Source: Nitrospirota bacterium (lineage in GTDB: Bacteria > Nitrospirota > UBA9217). Taken from it: a DNA stretch of 64,000 nucleotides. The DNA lies in assembly GCA_963796285.1 (NCBI GenBank), contig CAWCKW010000013.1, positions 448,001 through 512,000 of the forward strand. Reading direction: 5' to 3'. Shown here one piece after another: positions 31,375-42,435 of the stretch. Position numbers and translations under genes: made by a program. The notes below the pieces were generated by a model, which saw nothing but the letters and a program-made list of their open reading frames with translations, was not told where the DNA came from and ran no database searches. Every line of letters begins with the position of its first letter. The first letter of the stretch is position 1.

Positions 31375-32091
31375 ATGAAAGAAGGACCACTTTTACTAAA
31401 CATACATACTCACCTTCCTGGTGTAACTAATCCTGAAACCTTAGAATCATGCCGGGCTGCTATTGCCTACTCGTGGCTCGCTATGGCGATAATTATAGGA
31501 CTTTCTTTAATTGCCCGCTTCTCGCTCAAGAAGACCGCTCCCAAAGGCGTCCAGAACCTTCTGGAAACCATTGTGGGCGGCCTGGAAAACTTCGTTGTGG
31601 ATATTATGGGGCCGGAAGGCAAACACTACCTGTCGCTCATTGGCTCCCTCTTCCTGTTCATCCTGGTGTGCAACCTCATGGGCCTTTTCCCAGGATTCGA
31701 TTCCCCGACCGCCAACATCAACACGACGCTCGCGCTCGCGCTTGTGGCTTTCACCGCAACCCATTATATCGGCCTCAAGAGACATGGCTTCGCGTATATC
31801 AAGCATTTCATGGGACCAATGTGGGCACTTGCGCCGCTCATGCTGCCCATCGAGCTGATCAGCCATTTCGCGCGCGTCATGTCGCTGACCTTCCGTCTCT
31901 TCGGCAACATGGTTGCGAAGCACAAGCTGCTGCTGGTGCTGGCCCTTCTGGCCCCGTACATCGCGCCAGTGCCGATCCTCGGCCTGGGCCTTTTGGTGGC
32001 CTTTGTGCAGGCGCTCGTCTTCACGCTCCTGACCATGCTGTATCTTGCAGGCTCGATCGAAGAAGCGCACCTTGGCGGCGATCACCACTAA
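31375..32091 (+). CDS. atpB: F0F1 ATP synthase subunit a
   Basis: SPTANINTT, SLTFRLFGN and QALVFTLL motifs. Confidence 0.96.
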   Translation: MKEGPLLLNIHTHLPGVTNPETLESCRAAIAYSWLAMAIIIGLSLIARFSLKKTAPKGVQNLLETIVGGLENFVVDIMGPEGKHYLSLIGSLFLFILVCNLMGLFPGFDSPTANINTTLALALVAFTATHYIGLKRHGFAYIKHFMGPMWALAPLMLPIELISHFARVMSLTFRLFGNMVAKHKLLLVLALLAPYIAPVPILGLGLLVAFVQALVFTLLTMLYLAGSIEEAHLGGDHH

Positions 32092-32550
<459 letters not shown>

Positions 32551-32582
32551 GCGAAGCTGAACTTCACCACGAATTCACAACA

Positions 32583-32620
32583 AAAAAGGGACGGTTCTTT
32601 GAACCGTCCCTTTTTATTTT
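32583..32620 (+). terminator. Rho-independent terminator, probably bidirectional
   Basis: aaaaagggacggttc-ttt-gaaccgtccctttttatttt. Confidence 0.85.
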
Positions 32621-32713
32621 TCAGAGGAGGCGTGGAGTTCACCCCTTGCATGCATCATTCCGGGTGGCCGCCCATGAATAGAGTATGCACACAGGATTCC
32701 CTATATACTCTCC

Positions 32714-33157
32714 TCACGCCACTTTCCGGTCAGCTAACGTCTCTCCCAGGACCTTTGACTCCCCGCCTATCCGGGCACTGTTGAGATGAGCGTTCCCGCC
32801 GACCTCGGCCCTGTCACAAACTTCGGCTACACCAGTCACGATCGCATCTCCGTAGATGCTGGAATATCCGTATACTTTTGCGTCACCGGTTACTTTGGCC
32901 TTGCCGAAGACCTTGGCATTACCGAAGACCTCCGCCCTGCCCGACACCTCGGCCTTGTCGAAGATCCACGCATTCCCGAAAATGAAGGCCTCGCCGCTCA
33001 GCTTGCACTTGCCGCAGATCTTGGCAAAAGGACCAACATACACAGTATCCGCGACCTGCGCATGCTCGGCAACCATGCCGCCGCCATTGGGGTGGTGATG
33101 GTATTTTATACCATCGATCTCCACTACCGGTGCAGTTGTCAATACCTTGATATCCAT
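32714..33157 (-). CDS. Left-handed beta-helix hexapeptide-repeat protein
   Basis: HHHPNGGG then repeated hexapeptides (GNAKVF, GKAKVT, GDAKVY); RBS ggagg. Confidence 0.75.
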   Translation of the reverse strand: MDIKVLTTAPVVEIDGIKYHHHPNGGGMVAEHAQVADTVYVGPFAKICGKCKLSGEAFIFGNAWIFDKAEVSGRAEVFGNAKVFGKAKVTGDAKVYGYSSIYGDAIVTGVAEVCDRAEVGGNAHLNSARIGGESKVLGETLADRKVA

Positions 33158-33542
33158 ACTCCACCTCCCAAGATTTTAAATTATTCGGCTTCCTACTTAA
33201 TGAAAATATCGTGCCTTCGATCCCTGATGGATCGCCGGGGATACCACCTCAAATTGTAAGTTTAGCGTAAGTAAATGATATCTAAGAACTGGAACTTTGT
33301 CAAACTCGCCTGACTCCGGCATGTAATAATCAAATGCATGGTTTAGAACACAGCCTGTCGCCAGCACTCCGCAATGACGGGTATTTAACTTCCATGCTTA
33401 CAATCGGTTATATTGCATACCAACAGGTCCACAGTAATATGGAAAACGAGATCCATTGAATTTCCTTTAGATTACATCGATTATTTGCTATAATAGTGCC
33501 TCGACACAATTCATGCATTCTTCAGAAGGAGTCCATTTCCTC

Positions 33543-34961
33543 ATGAGCACTACCAGCAATGTTCGTGTCCGTTTTGCACCAAGCCCGACCGGCGCTCTGC
33601 ACATTGGCGGCGTACGCACAGCGCTCTTCAACTGGCTCTTCGCCCGCCACCACGGCGGAAAGTTCATCCTCAGGATCGAGGACACGGACCAGACCCGCTC
33701 CACTGATGAGTCCATCAAGATCATCCTTGACGGCATGAAGTGGCTCGGGCTTGACTGGGACGAGGGCCCGTTCCGCCAAACCGAACGCATGGACATCTAC
33801 AAAGAGCAGGTGGATCGCCTGCTCAAAGAGGGCAAGGCTTACCACTGCTACTGCACTCCTGAGGAGCTCGAAGCACGGAGAAAAGTCGCCATGGCCGCGG
33901 GCAGGCCGCCCAAATACGACCGGAAGTGCCGGTCTCTTACCGCCCCGGTGGAAGGCAGGACGCCGTCAATCAGGTTCTTTTCATCAGACGAGGGCCAGAC
34001 CATCGTGCGCGACATGATCCACGGAGCGGTCACTTTTGAGAACCAGCAGCTCGACGATCTCATTATCCAGCGCTCCGACGGGTTCCCGACCTACAATTTT
34101 GCCGTGGTCGTGGACGACGTGACCATGGGCATCACCCACGTGATCCGGGGCGACGACCATTTGAACAACACGCCGCGCCAGATCCAGCTCTACCAGGCCC
34201 TGGGATATGAACCGCCGCAATTCGCGCACCTGTCCATGATCCTCGGCCCGGACAAGACCAAGCTCTCAAAGCGCCATGGCGCCACGGCCGTCACTGAATA
34301 TATCGACTTGGGCTATCTGCCCGAGGCGCTCGTGAATTATCTCTCCCGCCTCGGCTGGTCTTCAGGGGACCAGGAAATTTTCTCACGCCAAGAGCTGATC
34401 GATAAATTTTCTTTCGACACCGTGGGCAAGGCCCCGTCGGTCTTCAATCCCGAAAAGCTGCTCTGGCTGAACCATCACTACATCCAGCAAGCCGATGCAG
34501 GGAGACTCTCGGACCTGGTACTCGACCTTCTCAAGAAGGACGGGCTCGTGAAACCAGGTAGCGAGCCGGACCCTGAGTGGTTCAAGAAACTCGTAAACAT
34601 ACTCACCGAGCGCAGCCATACGCTTGTGGAAATGAAGACAGGCGCATTGCCCTTTATACTGGAGGAGATCACGATGGACGAGAAGGCGCGGGCAAAGCAC
34701 CTGACGCCGGACATTGCTCCGCTCCTTTCCGAACTGGTCGGACGGCTAAGGTCGGTCGAACCCTTTGCGCACGAAGAGGTGGCGCAGGTTTTCAACGCTC
34801 TCGTGGCGGAGAAAGGCATCAAGCTCGGCAAGCTAGCCCAGCCGGTGCGCGTGGCCTTGACCGGTGGAACGATCAGTCCCGGCATCTTTGAGGTTCTCGA
34901 GGTGATGGGGAAAGAGAAGGCCTTGAAGAGGATCGAAGCGGCGATCTGCCTGGCGAAATAG
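33543..34961 (+). CDS. gltX: Glutamate--tRNA ligase
   Basis: RFAPSPTG.LHIGG, LRIEDTD and KLSKR motifs. Confidence 0.97.
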   Translation: MSTTSNVRVRFAPSPTGALHIGGVRTALFNWLFARHHGGKFILRIEDTDQTRSTDESIKIILDGMKWLGLDWDEGPFRQTERMDIYKEQVDRLLKEGKAYHCYCTPEELEARRKVAMAAGRPPKYDRKCRSLTAPVEGRTPSIRFFSSDEGQTIVRDMIHGAVTFENQQLDDLIIQRSDGFPTYNFAVVVDDVTMGITHVIRGDDHLNNTPRQIQLYQALGYEPPQFAHLSMILGPDKTKLSKRHGATAVTEYIDLGYLPEALVNYLSRLGWSSGDQEIFSRQELIDKFSFDTVGKAPSVFNPEKLLWLNHHYIQQADAGRLSDLVLDLLKKDGLVKPGSEPDPEWFKKLVNILTERSHTLVEMKTGALPFILEEITMDEKARAKHLTPDIAPLLSELVGRLRSVEPFAHEEVAQVFNALVAEKGIKLGKLAQPVRVALTGGTISPGIFEVLEVMGKEKALKRIEAAICLAK

Positions 34962-35031
34962 GCGCAATCATCAAAAGACAACTTGCTCATCGCCGTGAAA
35001 CCGATCTAAAGGATAACGAGTTACCGACAAA

Positions 35032-35160
35032 GGCGCGGAGAGGACCGTGAGACGAATTAATCGAGCATTCAATTCGGTTTTGATCAACTCCTGAAAACAG
35101 AGTCTCATCGATATTACCTACTGTCATATTTTTTCTCCGTGTCTCAGTGTCTCCGTGGTA
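35032..35160. repeat. Degenerate palindromic element (CTCCGTG 9-nt family)
   Basis: Right arm ctccgtgtctcagtgtctccgtggt; degenerate left arm ggcgcggagaggaccgtgag. Confidence 0.45.
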
Positions 35161-35194
35161 ATTCCCCTGGTGTCCGCAGGTACTGGTTTAATCC

Positions 35195-35674
35195 ATGTCC
35201 ATCTGTATCGAAAAAAAACTGACGCTCTCCGGCAAAGTCTATTTGTTCGAATGTGAATTGCTCCTGTTGAACGACGTCCTCGGCGTTCTCAAATACGTCA
35301 TTGACCGGGAGTATATTGTCGATGGAATCAAGCTCCATCCGGGCGATATCACTCACGCTCTGTATTGGATGGACAGGCCGTACACGTTATATATCTGGCA
35401 CTTGTCCCGGGACCGGGTCGTTTATTACTTCAACATTGCGGACAGGATCTCTCTGCAGCCACGGGAATTTCTGTGGCGCGACCTCGCCGTCGACATCCTG
35501 ATCGACGATGGACGAAATATTCACGTCCTTGACGAGGACGAACTGCCTGACAACCTGGACCCGGAACTGTCCTGTTACATTCAAAACGCGAAAACGACCA
35601 TCATGCGAGAATATGCTTCAATAATACATGAAGCAAACACTATCGTAAGCGCACTGCCTTCCCGTCTATTGTAG
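35195..35674 (+). CDS. DUF402-like domain protein
   Basis: YYFNIA, DLAVDI and LDEDEL motifs. Confidence 0.75.
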   Translation: MSICIEKKLTLSGKVYLFECELLLLNDVLGVLKYVIDREYIVDGIKLHPGDITHALYWMDRPYTLYIWHLSRDRVVYYFNIADRISLQPREFLWRDLAVDILIDDGRNIHVLDEDELPDNLDPELSCYIQNAKTTIMREYASIIHEANTIVSALPSRLL

Positions 35675-35910
35675 CCAGTCACCCCGGCTGCGGGGAAAAG
35701 TCTTATTAAAACTAAGACTGCTAGCCGTGGAATTTATATGTTGTTTATTGTTGTAAGAGACGGTCTTTCGGTCAGGAGACAGGTACTGACCAGGTGGTCC
35801 TCTCTTTCAACTTTTTTTCCAGCGGATGGTTTCCGTAGTGCGGTGTTGGAATTCGGATGCTGATGGTAATTATGATTGTCAATCGGCCTTTTTTACGATA
35901 AAATGCCTGC

Positions 35911-36208
35911 GTGCGTCTCGATCTCTTCTTAAAAACAAGCCGTCTCGTAAAGCGCAGGACCATAGCTCAGGAGATGTGCGGGGCCGGCTAGGGTGCTGGT
36001 GAACGGCCATGAAGCAAAACCCGCAAAAGAAGTGAACAAGGGAGACGTCATCACCCTGAAGTTTTCGACACGCATTGTCGATCTGAACGTGCTCGAAATG
36101 CCGACCTCCTCGAAAAAAGCGTCTCCTGAAGCGTTCTATTCCGTTACGTCCGAGACGAGGTTGCCGAGAGATAAGGACCTATGGAGCGAAAACCCCTCAT
36201 CCTCATAA
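35911..36208 (+). CDS. RNA-binding S4 domain protein (HslR/RqcP-like) with a +1 frameshift at ~35989
   Basis: MRLDLFLKTSRLVKRRTIAQEMCGAG, then an extra T, then RVLVNGHEAKPAKEV..GD. Confidence 0.85.
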
Positions 36209-37200
36209 CCATGGGAGACCCAGCCGGCATCGGGCCTGAGATCATTGCCAAAGTCCTCGACAACGGCGAGATCGTTCCGCTCTGCAGACCGGTGGTGATC
36301 GGTGACGCAGGTATAATGAGGAAGTTGATCGAAGAGATGCGGCTTCCAATCACCGTGAACAGCATTGCATCGCTTTCCCAGGCGGCCCCTGCCAAAAGCA
36401 GGCTCGATGTGCTGGACCTCAAGAACGTCGATCTCGCGGCACACGAATGGGGGAAACCGGGCGCTTCGTCAGGTACCTCTGTCGTGGAGTATATAAAAAA
36501 GGCCGTTGAACTGACGATGGCCCACGAGGCTGACGCCATCGTGACCGCGCCGATCAGCAAAGAGATGATGAATGCGGCCGGGCACCATTATGCCGGACAT
36601 ACCGAGCTTCTGGCCGACCTTACCGGGGCAAAAGAATATGGGATGCTGTTCGTGGGCGGGGGGCTACGCGTCATCCTCGTCACCATCCACGCGGCGCTCA
36701 AGGACGTTCCTCGCCTTATCACGCAGGCGTCGGTCCTGAAGACGCTCCGGCTTGCCCACAGGGCCATGCAGTCCTTCGGCATCGACAAACCGCGCATCGG
36801 CGTGGCCGCGCTCAACCCCCATGCGGGCGAAGGCAGGCTTTTCGGCAACGAGGAGTGGGACATCATCCTTCCGGCCGTGGTCAAGGCGCGGGGAGAAGGC
36901 ATCCACGCAAGCGATCCGATCCCGGCTGACACCCTGTTTTATAAGGCTCGGAACAACTATTACGACATCGTTGTGGCCATGTACCACGATCAGGGTCTGG
37001 CCCCGCTCAAGATGATCGCTTTCGGAAAAGCAGTGAATGTTACCGTGGGGCTCCCGATCCTCCGCACGTCGGTTGACCACGGGACCGCCTATGATATAGC
37101 CGGCAAAGGTTGCGCTGACCCCACAAGCCTGCTCGAGGCCGTAAAGCTTGCCGTTTCCATGAGCGCCCACCGCAAGCGCGCTCAAAAGGAGATTTCGTGA
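36181..37200 (+). CDS. pdxA: 4-hydroxythreonine-4-phosphate dehydrogenase
   Basis: GDPAGIGPE, GHTE, NPHAGE, MYHDQG and RTSVDHGTA motifs. Confidence 0.95.
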   Translation: MERKPLILITMGDPAGIGPEIIAKVLDNGEIVPLCRPVVIGDAGIMRKLIEEMRLPITVNSIASLSQAAPAKSRLDVLDLKNVDLAAHEWGKPGASSGTSVVEYIKKAVELTMAHEADAIVTAPISKEMMNAAGHHYAGHTELLADLTGAKEYGMLFVGGGLRVILVTIHAALKDVPRLITQASVLKTLRLAHRAMQSFGIDKPRIGVAALNPHAGEGRLFGNEEWDIILPAVVKARGEGIHASDPIPADTLFYKARNNYYDIVVAMYHDQGLAPLKMIAFGKAVNVTVGLPILRTSVDHGTAYDIAGKGCADPTSLLEAVKLAVSMSAHRKRAQKEIS

Positions 37201-38282
37201 GCTCTCCTCCTCAGTCGTTTCTTTCGCGCCCGATGCTTTTTTCCGTTGTTTTTTTCGGCCTTTTCCTTTTATTACTCTACCAGATGGGCCGGATATTGAT
37301 GCCGTTCCTGTCTCCCCTGCTCTGGGCCGCGATCCTTACTCTCGCGTTGTACCCGCTCCATAGGCGGATCGATGTGCTCGTGAAAGGCCGCAAAGGCCTG
37401 GCGGCAGGCATTACGACCCTGGTGGCCCTGCTCCTGGTCATTGGCCCCGCAGTCGCGCTGCTCGTTGTCCTGTCAGGCCAGGCCGTGGATATTTACCAGT
37501 GGGCATCATCGGTCATCCAGTCCGGCAGGCTTACGGAGGTTTGGAGCAGATTAACAAACTCGTTCCTCGACAGAATCCTGACCAACCCTGCCCTTGCCGG
37601 GCTCGACCTGAAGGGACATCTTCTCAAGGGACTCGGCGATCTCTCATCGGAACTGACCTCCTCTCTCGGCGGGATGCTCAGGAACACTCTGGTCTTTATC
37701 GTCGATATTGTGATCATGCTGATCGCTCTGTTCTTTTTTTTCAGGGACGGCGAAGCCTATTACAGCTCAAGCCTGGAACTGCTCCCCTTTACCAAGCGTC
37801 AGAAGGAAGCCATTGCGCAGAAATTCGCCGATACCTTCCGCGCGGTGATCAACGGCGTGTTCCTCATCGCCCTGCTCCAGGGGGCGATGACCGGGATCGG
37901 ATTTGCCGTGTTCGGCGTTCCCTTTGCAGTCTTCTGGGGGTTCCTTGCAGCAGGACTCGCGCTTCTTCCCGTTGGCGGTGCGGCCCTCGTCTGGCTGCCC
38001 GGAGCCGCCTACCTGTACCTGGGCGGCGCGACACTCCCGGGTATCCTGCTCGGCGTCTGGGGTCTGGTGCTCGTCAGCCTGCCTGATAATTTCTTAAAGC
38101 CGCTCATTATCGGCAAGAAGGCGAAGATCCCGACCTTTGTGCTCTTCATTGCCTTGCTCGGCGGGCTGCAGGTATACGGCGTACTGGGGATCCTGTTCGG
38201 TCCGCTCGTGGTGACTCTGCTGACCGCCTTTGTCCAGATCTACCGCGAAGAGTATGCAGAGCGGCATCACCCGCAGGCCTAA
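37197..38282 (+). CDS. AI-2E family transporter
   Basis: Multi-TM; DNFLKP and G.LFGP motifs. Confidence 0.9.
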   Translation: MSSPPQSFLSRPMLFSVVFFGLFLLLLYQMGRILMPFLSPLLWAAILTLALYPLHRRIDVLVKGRKGLAAGITTLVALLLVIGPAVALLVVLSGQAVDIYQWASSVIQSGRLTEVWSRLTNSFLDRILTNPALAGLDLKGHLLKGLGDLSSELTSSLGGMLRNTLVFIVDIVIMLIALFFFFRDGEAYYSSSLELLPFTKRQKEAIAQKFADTFRAVINGVFLIALLQGAMTGIGFAVFGVPFAVFWGFLAAGLALLPVGGAALVWLPGAAYLYLGGATLPGILLGVWGLVLVSLPDNFLKPLIIGKKAKIPTFVLFIALLGGLQVYGVLGILFGPLVVTLLTAFVQIYREEYAERHHPQA

Positions 38283-38405
38283 GCGTTACAGTGCAGCCCA
38301 TGGCAGCGCCGCCCAATTTTACCGCAGTTGAGGTGAACGCTTCGTTGTCAAATGCATCATTGAAAAATCACATCAAACTAAACATATAGGAAGGATCGTT
38401 ACTCT

Positions 38406-39089
38406 ATGGAAGATTTTACAAAATCTGATACCTGGCGTGTCTTCAGGATCATGGCGGAACTGGTAGAGGGCTTTGAGGCCTTGAACAACATTGGTCCGGC
38501 AGTGACCATCTTCGGAAGCGCACGGCTGGCTCCGGGTTCTCCCTACTACAACAAATGCCTCAAGGTTGCCGAGAACCTGTCAAAAGAAGGCTTTGCCGTG
38601 ATCTCAGGCGGGGGACCGGGCATCATGGAAGCCGCGAACAAGGGTGCGCAGAACGCGAACGGCACATCGGTGGGCCTGAACATCGAACTGCCCATGGAGC
38701 AGACACCGAACCTGTACCAGGACGTGAAGGTTGAGTTCCGTTACTTCTTCGTACGCAAGCTCATGTTTGTTAAATATGCGGTCGGGTATGTGATCTTTCC
38801 AGGCGGCTTCGGCACCATTGACGAATTGTTCGAGGCCCTCACGCTCATCCAGACAAAAAAGATCCGGGTATTCCCCGTTGTACTGGTAGGCAAGGACTAC
38901 TGGTCGGGATTGATCGACTGGATGAAGACGTCCGTGCTTGCAGCGGGCAACATCAGCCCCGAGGACCTCGATTTCATGCATATCGTGGATGAACCGGATG
39001 AGGTATGCGCGATCATTAATAAACGGTATAAGGACCGGCTGAGCGGTGTCCATAAGGACCGGCGGGACAAGGCCCGGAAGGGCATTTAA
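38406..39089 (+). CDS. LOG family (TIGR00730-type) nucleotide phosphoribohydrolase
   Basis: FGSAR, GGGPGIMEA, YFFVRK and PGGFGT.DE motifs. Confidence 0.92.
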   Translation: MEDFTKSDTWRVFRIMAELVEGFEALNNIGPAVTIFGSARLAPGSPYYNKCLKVAENLSKEGFAVISGGGPGIMEAANKGAQNANGTSVGLNIELPMEQTPNLYQDVKVEFRYFFVRKLMFVKYAVGYVIFPGGFGTIDELFEALTLIQTKKIRVFPVVLVGKDYWSGLIDWMKTSVLAAGNISPEDLDFMHIVDEPDEVCAIINKRYKDRLSGVHKDRRDKARKGI

Positions 39090-39823
39090 TCGGACTTGAT
39101 CTTTTTCAATTTCGTTCGGCGAGCACGGTGTTTGAGGTGTTGCGCGGCACGCATCCTGCGAAACCAGCGCTCGATGGTCTCCCGGTAGACCATTGTGAGC
39201 AGAATGAGAAAAAGACTGACCCCGAGAAGCGTGAACAGCGCTCCATACCGTTTGTCACGGAAGAGCGTCCCTCCGACGGTAAGCAGCGTGGTTCCGAGCA
39301 GGCGGCCCGTTGTGGACACGAGCAGGAAATCACGCTGCCCCATGTGTCCCAATCCCAGAAGATAGCAGAGAATGTCCTTGGGAAAACCCGGGATCAGGAA
39401 CATGAGAAACGCGAGGAACAGGCCCTTGTGCTTCATCACGTAGTCGTAGCGTTTGATCGTCTCGGCCTTTACGACCATTTCGACCAGGGGTCTGCCGGCA
39501 AGACGGGCAAGCAGGAACGCTATCCATGAACCGAGGGTGAGGCCTATCGTTGAATACAATATTCCCCACCCTGTGCCGAAGAAGACGCCGCCGACAAAAC
39601 CCGTCGCCTCGCCGGGAATGGGTGCCGCAATTACCTGGAGCGCCTGGAGCCCGATGAAAATAAAGGCCGCGTTCGCCTGATGCTCTTTGATGAAATTCAA
39701 CAGACGCTGGCGGTCGGTAAAGTAATCGATGAAGCCGTGCGAATAGAGCAGGTAAATAAAACCGGCGAGAAAGAGACAAGCCGCAGCGAACCCGGCGATG
39801 GTTTTTTTATCAAATCTTATCAT
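39086..39823 (-). CDS. TVP38/DedA (SNARE-associated) membrane protein
   Basis: QVIAAPIPG and IPGFPKD motifs; TM segments. Confidence 0.88.
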   Translation of the reverse strand: MIRFDKKTIAGFAAACLFLAGFIYLLYSHGFIDYFTDRQRLLNFIKEHQANAAFIFIGLQALQVIAAPIPGEATGFVGGVFFGTGWGILYSTIGLTLGSWIAFLLARLAGRPLVEMVVKAETIKRYDYVMKHKGLFLAFLMFLIPGFPKDILCYLLGLGHMGQRDFLLVSTTGRLLGTTLLTVGGTLFRDKRYGALFTLLGVSLFLILLTMVYRETIERWFRRMRAAQHLKHRARRTKLKKIKSD

Positions 39824-39841
39824 AGAGAGCATGTAGACCGA

Positions 39842-40126
39842 TTATTTCTTGAAAAGATCATCCAATGCCTTGCGCGCCTGTGCGCCCCCGGCATCCGGCG
39901 CAGCAATCCGGCCTTCCACGAACACAAAATAATCGCAGAAATTGGCCTTTGCTTTTTCTCTCACCAGCTCCGCCACCGTCTCCCGGCAGTGTTTTGAAAC
40001 CGCCAGGTCGTAGAACAGACAATTGAGACAGCACCGAAGATCAGCACCGCAGGACAGGCATGCCTCCCCGCGTCCGGTCTTCAACTCGCCGGCGATTTCT
40101 TTTTTACAGGCATGACAAATCCTCAT
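39842..40126 (-). CDS. Small Cys-rich, putatively Zn-binding hypothetical protein
   Basis: CxxC, CxxC, CCxxC and ANFCDYF motifs. Confidence 0.75.
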   Translation of the reverse strand: MRICHACKKEIAGELKTGRGEACLSCGADLRCCLNCLFYDLAVSKHCRETVAELVREKAKANFCDYFVFVEGRIAAPDAGGAQARKALDDLFKK

Positions 40127-40423
40127 CGGTGCAATAATAATAGCCCATCAGGCCGGATTAGACAAGCCTAAAGATGGTGCGCGCGCGGTCGCGGGCTCTC
40201 AAAAGCTGCATCCCTCCGCGAAAAGATCATTATGCTGGAACTGACCATGGATCCAGCTCCAATAGTCCCGGCTAATATGGAACGGAATCTGGCCCGGGGA
40301 ACTGCTCTATCTCCCGGTGAAATATTTATTTTGTTTGTGCTTCCATGAGGGTTAAATTTCTGCTATAGTAACGGTATAACTTGAACGCAGGGAACGAGTA
40401 ATTGACTAAGGAGATGGAAAGCG

Positions 40424-40768
40424 ATGAAGATCAGCGTTGAAAATTTACCGCCCGACATCACCGAGGACAGGTTAAAAGACGTATTTGGCCAGATCGGAGA
40501 GGTCCAGTCAGTCAAACTGAAGACCGACCTGCTCACCTGGCAGCCGAATGGTCACGGTATCGTAGACATGACCCTGGAGGTGGATGCCTACCGGGCGATC
40601 AATTGTTTTGAAGGTGCTTTATTTAAGGACAAGAAGATACATGTTAAGGAAACCTATCCGCTGTTCGAAAAGGCAAAAAACGCGCTCGAGCATATCACCG
40701 ACGGTCAAGCATTTTCGGATTTCAAACCACTGGCCAGCTTCGAGCGCTGGAAAGAACAGTTCAAGTAG
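40424..40768 (+). CDS. RRM-domain RNA-binding protein
   Basis: ISVENLP RNP2-like and GHGIVDM RNP1-like motifs; RBS ggag. Confidence 0.8.
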   Translation: MKISVENLPPDITEDRLKDVFGQIGEVQSVKLKTDLLTWQPNGHGIVDMTLEVDAYRAINCFEGALFKDKKIHVKETYPLFEKAKNALEHITDGQAFSDFKPLASFERWKEQFK

Positions 40769-41013
40769 CGCTAATCCCGTATGCATCTGTGGGCCTGCCT
40801 ATTTGAAGGGTCACGTGCGGTAAAGAATACCATGCACTGAACAAAGCCCCGTTCCGGCCAATAGACGTTGGATTGACAAGCCCGCCCCGAACAGGATAAC
40901 ACAATAATTTCAAGATCACATCCTGCCCCTTGAATGCCCTGTTTCGCCGAGTCGAAGCGTGTTGAGGGGTGGATTGGGCAATTTTATAAGAACCTCCACG
41001 GTACGCGGCCTTC

Positions 41014-42435
41014 TCACTCCCAGTCAAGCAATCGTTTCTGACCTTCTAGCTTCCTGATCGCCGTCACGTCCTGGCTCACTTCAAGACAGCCGCGGTACTT
41101 GCCATCTGCATCCCGCACCGCGAAATACCTGATCAGAATGAATTTCCCCTGCATCTGGATCCAGAAATCGGCCACATCCTTTTTCCCTGATCGGAACGCA
41201 TCCAGGATCTTCTGCACCGAACCCATGCTCTTGGGCGGATGGCAGTTCTGCACCTTGCGACCGATCACGCCGGGGCTGCGCGGGAAGATCCGCTCAGGAG
41301 ATGCAGAGTAATAGGCCACTTCATCATGCTCATTCACAAATGAGATATCGACTGGCAGATGCGTCAGCATCAGGTTCACCTGCTCGGGCGTGAGTTGGCC
41401 TGTGTCGAGGTTCAGACTGCCGATCTTCTCTGCCAGAAGCGACTGCTGAAAGGATTCCGCGGTCGCCTTCCATTGGGTCTCGGGCTTGATCCAGGCATAA
41501 CCCACCTCTTCCTCGCCCTTCCGAACCTTTGCCCAGTCCTCCTCGCTCAGGGTCTCAAGCGCCATGGGGAAAAGGATGTGCTCTTCCTTGTAGATCATGT
41601 CATTGACCATCTTCACCAGGGCCTGGATGGCCACCTGTTCCATCTTGTTCTCCGCAGCGCGCTTTCGCACGTCCTTGATGAATCCCCGGATATCGTCATG
41701 GAGCGCCCACATGACCTTGGACGGTCCGGTGATGCCTTTTGTCTCGAGGATCGGAAAAAGCTGGTTCTCCTTGCGCACGAAATGCTTGTTGATCTGGCTC
41801 AGGCGGTCAAGGATGTCGAGCAGCTTGCCCTTCTCCTTCGTAAAATCCTTTATTGCCTCTGCTTCTTTCAGTATTCCCTCGCAGGCCCGGTTCTCGAGCA
41901 TCAGCGTATGCACCGGGTGACCTGCAGGCAGGCCGGGCACGGTCTGGTGCTCGAGCGATTCCTGGAAAACCTTCACGTGCACGTCGCAGAGGCTCTTGAT
42001 CTCCGATTCAGGCATGCCCTCGGCGATGAGCCGCTGCTCCATCTGCGCGATCTCCCACGGCGCCACATCCTTGATCAGTTCTCCGAATTTCTTCTTCTGT
42101 GATTCGGCGTCCTTGCCCGCGTGAAGGTCCTTGATGATCTTTTTCATCGTATCGATCCGGACATCCTGTTCGTCCTGGCCCGGCTCACCGTAGGACACAG
42201 TCACTGCCTCGCCGGTCTTTTTTTTGATCTCCCCGGCGATGCCATCGAGAAGCTTTTTCACGTCCATGCCGCTGATCATCGCAGCCTTTCCGAGAGATGC
42301 AAGCTTGCCCACGGTCTTTCGCAGGAACGGGTTGTCCAGCATCTTGAACTCCGGGTTCAGACTGATCAGAAAGTCCTTCAGAAAAGGATAGACTGCAAGA
42401 AGGTCGTTTACTTTGGTTTTAGGGCTCAGTTCCAT
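41014..42435 (-). CDS. DUF438 domain protein (DUF1858 + DUF438 + hemerythrin-like + PAS)
   Basis: LCDVH, GHPVHT..EN, KENQLFP, VMW..HD, KEEHILFP and CHPPKS motifs. Confidence 0.88.
   Translation of the reverse strand: MELSPKTKVNDLLAVYPFLKDFLISLNPEFKMLDNPFLRKTVGKLASLGKAAMISGMDVKKLLDGIAGEIKKKTGEAVTVSYGEPGQDEQDVRIDTMKKIIKDLHAGKDAESQKKKFGELIKDVAPWEIAQMEQRLIAEGMPESEIKSLCDVHVKVFQESLEHQTVPGLPAGHPVHTLMLENRACEGILKEAEAIKDFTKEKGKLLDILDRLSQINKHFVRKENQLFPILETKGITGPSKVMWALHDDIRGFIKDVRKRAAENKMEQVAIQALVKMVNDMIYKEEHILFPMALETLSEEDWAKVRKGEEEVGYAWIKPETQWKATAESFQQSLLAEKIGSLNLDTGQLTPEQVNLMLTHLPVDISFVNEHDEVAYYSASPERIFPRSPGVIGRKVQNCHPPKSMGSVQKILDAFRSGKKDVADFWIQMQGKFILIRYFAVRDADGKYRGCLEVSQDVTAIRKLEGQKRLLDWE

Noticed and set aside
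33300-33390. REP-like remnant upstream of gltX
   Set aside because: Too degenerate, with no second copy in the window.
35989-35991. TAG in the S4 gene as pyrrolysine or readthrough
   Set aside because: Homology continues in a different frame, so this is a 1-nt insertion and not an in-frame stop.
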